A DNA stretch of 41,053 bases from Lentisphaeria bacterium (lineage in GTDB: Bacteria > Verrucomicrobiota > Lentisphaeria > JABSQK01 > JAWLHB01). The notes beneath the pieces were generated by a model. The model was not told where the DNA came from and made no database searches. It saw only the letters and a list, made by a program, of their open reading frames with translations. Positions within the stretch are counted from its first letter, which is position 1; every line of letters begins with the position of its first letter. Below are positions 38,627 through 41,053 of the stretch, piece by piece. The DNA lies in NCBI GenBank assembly GCA_041690595.1, contig JAWLHB010000059.1:1-41053 (forward strand), written 5' to 3'. Both the position numbers and the translations under genes were made by a program.

Positions 38627-39028
38627 CTACTTCACCGCGTTCTTCAACGACACCGCCACCGATCGGAACTTCCTGAGAACCTGCCGATCCACCGTGATCA
38701 GCCGCGCGCCCAGGAACTCCGCCAGCGCGACGAATTCACAATCGTATGCTGCGCACCCGCTGGAAGCGGCCAGCCTCAATACCTCCAGCGAGCCCACGTC
38801 ATACTCGCGGCCGGCCAGCAACGATTCCGGCTCGGTCTGAATGGCGTACGCCCCATCGAAATCGAGCAGCCCTTGCCGGAGATAGAGTGCCAGGACGTTT
38901 CTGAGCTCGCTGCGCCAGAGCAATGGCGCCGCCCATTCCGGATCTCGGACCAGCAGGGCTTCCGCCAGGGGCGTGTACTCCGTAGGCAGGTATAGATACG
39001 CGACGACGTTAGTGTCGACGACGATCAC
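38627..39028 (-). CDS. vapC: VapC PIN-domain toxin (no intact antitoxin seen upstream)
   Basis: GTG 39028 gives MIVVDTNVVAYL..WRSELRNVL..AYDCEFVALA..LITVD. Confidence 0.88.
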   Translation of the reverse strand: MIVVDTNVVAYLYLPTEYTPLAEALLVRDPEWAAPLLWRSELRNVLALYLRQGLLDFDGAYAIQTEPESLLAGREYDVGSLEVLRLAASSGCAAYDCEFVALAEFLGARLITVDRQVLRKFRSVAVSLKNAVK

Positions 39029-39390
39029 GCACGACCTTGGCGGATCGCTTCTGCAAGCGAATCCGGCGGACCGCGTTGAGGCCCCGGCTGTGGGTGCTTC
39101 CGAACTGGCACGAGTCGGAGCCACCGTCCGTGGCGAACTCGCCGGAACAATGATGTGCACCCCACACGCGCAACCCGGTAGCCTTGCACCATCGGAGAGC
39201 GCTACTTAACATGACTCGATACCAAAGTTCTGAGCCAAACATGGGCAAGAACGCAGCAGGCGATGCTCTGACACCGGCCGAAGTGGTCGCCCACTACGTC
39301 GACCACTCTCCCGCGCGAAGCAAAGCGCAAACCCGAAAGCTGTTGGCGTCGTTGCGCCGGCTTCGTCGCGAGGACGACACCCGCCGGGCC

Positions 39391-39443
39391 GGGTCGGGTC
39401 GGGTCGGGTCGGGTCGGGTCGGGTCGGGTCGGGTCGGGTCGGG
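39391..39443. repeat. Pentanucleotide tandem repeat (GGGTC)x10
   Basis: Ten perfect GGGTC units at 39391-39440, followed by GGG. Confidence 0.95.
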
Positions 39444-39598
39444 CTGAGAGTACCTACTTCCTTTTGCCGACCACGTCCTGCGCCTGGTCAGCTCGAAGCT
39501 GGAGCTCTAGCTCAGCGCTGACGTCCGGATCCCCTCCGCGACCCACTCCGCCGGCTGACGTGTACACTGTCGGACCAGACGGTCTCACAGGGGGGCTC

Positions 39599-39940
39599 GT
39601 GCCCGGGACGCTCGACATTTCTGCACTCCAGGGACGACTGCGGCGCTTCGCCGCCGACCGCGACTGGGAGCAATTCCACTCCCCGAAGAACCTGGCCATG
39701 GCCCTCTCCGTGGAGGCCGCCGAGCTCGTCGAGATCTTCCAGTGGCTCACCGAGGCGCAATCGGCCGAGCTCGATGACCGCGCCCGCAGGGCCGTCGCGG
39801 AGGAGATCGCCGACGCGCAGATCTATCTCGCGCGCCTGGCGGACCGGCTGAGCATCGACATCCCCGAGGCGGTGGAGGCGAAGCTGGCGCTGAACGCCCG
39901 CAAATACCCGGCGGACGAGGTGAGACGAATGCGTGGCTGA
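39599..39940 (+). CDS. MazG-like nucleotide pyrophosphohydrolase (dCTPase-like)
   Basis: FAADRDWEQFHSPKNLAMALSVEAAELVEIFQW..EEIAD..K..N..KYP. Start codon uncertain. Confidence 0.88.
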   Translation: MPGTLDISALQGRLRRFAADRDWEQFHSPKNLAMALSVEAAELVEIFQWLTEAQSAELDDRARRAVAEEIADAQIYLARLADRLSIDIPEAVEAKLALNARKYPADEVRRMRG

Positions 39941-40039
39941 AGGCCCGTGCCCCCGGCCGGCCGGACCCGGCGGGGAGCCTGCTGATGGCGGCCGAAACCT
40001 CGCCTTCATACAAACCGTCGCCGGGCGCGAACTGATGCC

Positions 40040-40438
40040 TTACTTCAGCGCAAACGCCACGCTGACGTCCGTGTGGACGAAGTCCTCGCCCTTGAACAGC
40101 AACGGTTCGGCCCGTGTCGACGCCAGGGCGTAAGAGAAGCAGTCCCCGAAGTTGAGCCCCGCCTGGTGACGCCCCTTGCCGAAGCGGCTGAATGCCCGCC
40201 GTGCCACCAGGGCCTGATCGCCATCAACAGGAACGACGTCGACGCCTGCCGTCGTCAGGAAGAGATCGAGGTCGCGCACTCCCTCAGCCCCGTAACGGCT
40301 CTCGATCACAATCGACGTCTCCACGAGGGTGGCGGCGGACATGAGCCGTGCGTCCGCCGCCTCGATGGATTCGATCAAAGCCGCGCGCTCGGGCTCGCCC
40401 GTGAGAATGGCCACGATCGCCGAGGTGTCGATGACCAT
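40040..40438 (-). CDS. vapC: VapC PIN-domain toxin
   Basis: MVIDTSAIVAIL..E, FGKGRH.A.LNFGDCFSYALA and LLFKGEDF motifs. Confidence 0.93.
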   Translation of the reverse strand: MVIDTSAIVAILTGEPERAALIESIEAADARLMSAATLVETSIVIESRYGAEGVRDLDLFLTTAGVDVVPVDGDQALVARRAFSRFGKGRHQAGLNFGDCFSYALASTRAEPLLFKGEDFVHTDVSVAFALK

Positions 40439-40692
40439 CAGCCGGGAAGTCCACGCTCGTCGTAGCCAAGGATCTCGTCCGCCGGCCGCCTATCGAGCAG
40501 CGGCAGCGCCGCGCAGTGGCGCGCGATCGCGTCGAGTTCTTCCGCCAGAGACCGCCCGGCTCGTTCCCGTCGCAGCCTAGCCAGCCGGTCGCGCAGAGCC
40601 TTCGTGACGGCCTCGGTTTTCGTTTCGCCAGTCTCCCGGGCCAGCTCGTTGGCGAGTCGCTCTGTTTCCGGATTACGGATGTTCAGCGCCAT
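40438..40692 (-). CDS. vapB: VapB antitoxin (Rv0623-like)
   Basis: MALNIRNPETERLANELA..TGETKTEAV..AL..RL...DEILGYDERGLP. The stop overlaps the vapC start. Confidence 0.9.
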   Translation of the reverse strand: MALNIRNPETERLANELARETGETKTEAVTKALRDRLARLRRERAGRSLAEELDAIARHCAALPLLDRRPADEILGYDERGLPG

Positions 40693-40903
40693 TTTCATTA
40701 CGTATAGCAAAGAAGCTACACAGTGGCACGGTGCCCCACCGCGGTCAAGCGACCGTTGCGCTCCACGGCGTGCGAGACCGCTGCTGATCCGTGCGCATCC
40801 TGCCCACCGGTCGGCATTCGACGGGTCACCCCCGAGGGGGGGGCTGGCACTCGCGCCCGCAAGTCGCCACCATCGTGGACCTCCAGGGCTAAGGAGCTCA
40901 CCC

Positions 40904-41053
40904 ATGGCAGAGTACATCCCCCCATCAATCGACTGGGTCCGCAAGCACGTCGAGAAGTACGAAGGCAGTGGCGGCACCGAAGCGACCACCCTGCCGAACA
41001 CCGACCTGCCCTGCATCATCGTCACCCACAAGGGCAACAAGACCGGCGGCGTC
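40904..41053 (+). CDS. Deazaflavin (F420H2)-dependent nitroreductase family protein (5' part)
   Basis: Not in the ORF track. AAGGAG RBS, then MAEYIPPSIDWVRKHVEKYEGSGGTEATTL...LPCIIVTHKGNKTG, a typical Ddn-family N-terminus. Confidence 0.82.
   Translation, partial: MAEYIPPSIDWVRKHVEKYEGSGGTEATTLPNTDLPCIIVTHKGNKTGGV

Noticed and set aside
34980..40040. Integron cassette array (small genes and TA modules)
   Set aside because: Genes are in mixed orientation, there is no integrase, and I could not identify repeated attC-like sites by eye.
40693..41040. Long N-terminal extension on the VapB ORF (40438..41040)
   Set aside because: The extension is antisense to the Ddn-family gene starting at 40904; VapB homology starts at MALNIRN (40692).

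Overview
GC-rich bacterial chromosomal window whose flanks carry F420-dependent enzymes, nudC and a hidden selenoprotein. The centre (~7.0-33.7 kb) is an apparently intact 7-deazaguanine DNA-modification/restriction (Dpd-type) defence island with an unusual layout. On the + strand it runs dpdC-like, DGQHR, dpdA, a second DGQHR, queC, a three-domain queD, queE, then dpdE, F, G, H and I. It is met convergently by a two-gene module: a RecB/Cas4/Dna2-like Fe-S nuclease, and a 2,139-aa protein in which a DNA2/NAM7-type SF1 helicase is fused to a DpdJ-like SF2 helicase. No dpdK (PLD nuclease), dpdD, folE or queF is visible. An IS1182 element and a truncated SDR gene mark the left edge. The right flank holds decayed defence genes (frameshifted PD-(D/E)XK nuclease, broken Mre11/Rad50-like pair, internally deleted Mrr), several toxin-antitoxin modules and a MazG-like gene. 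All calls come from motif recognition and gene context; no database search was run.
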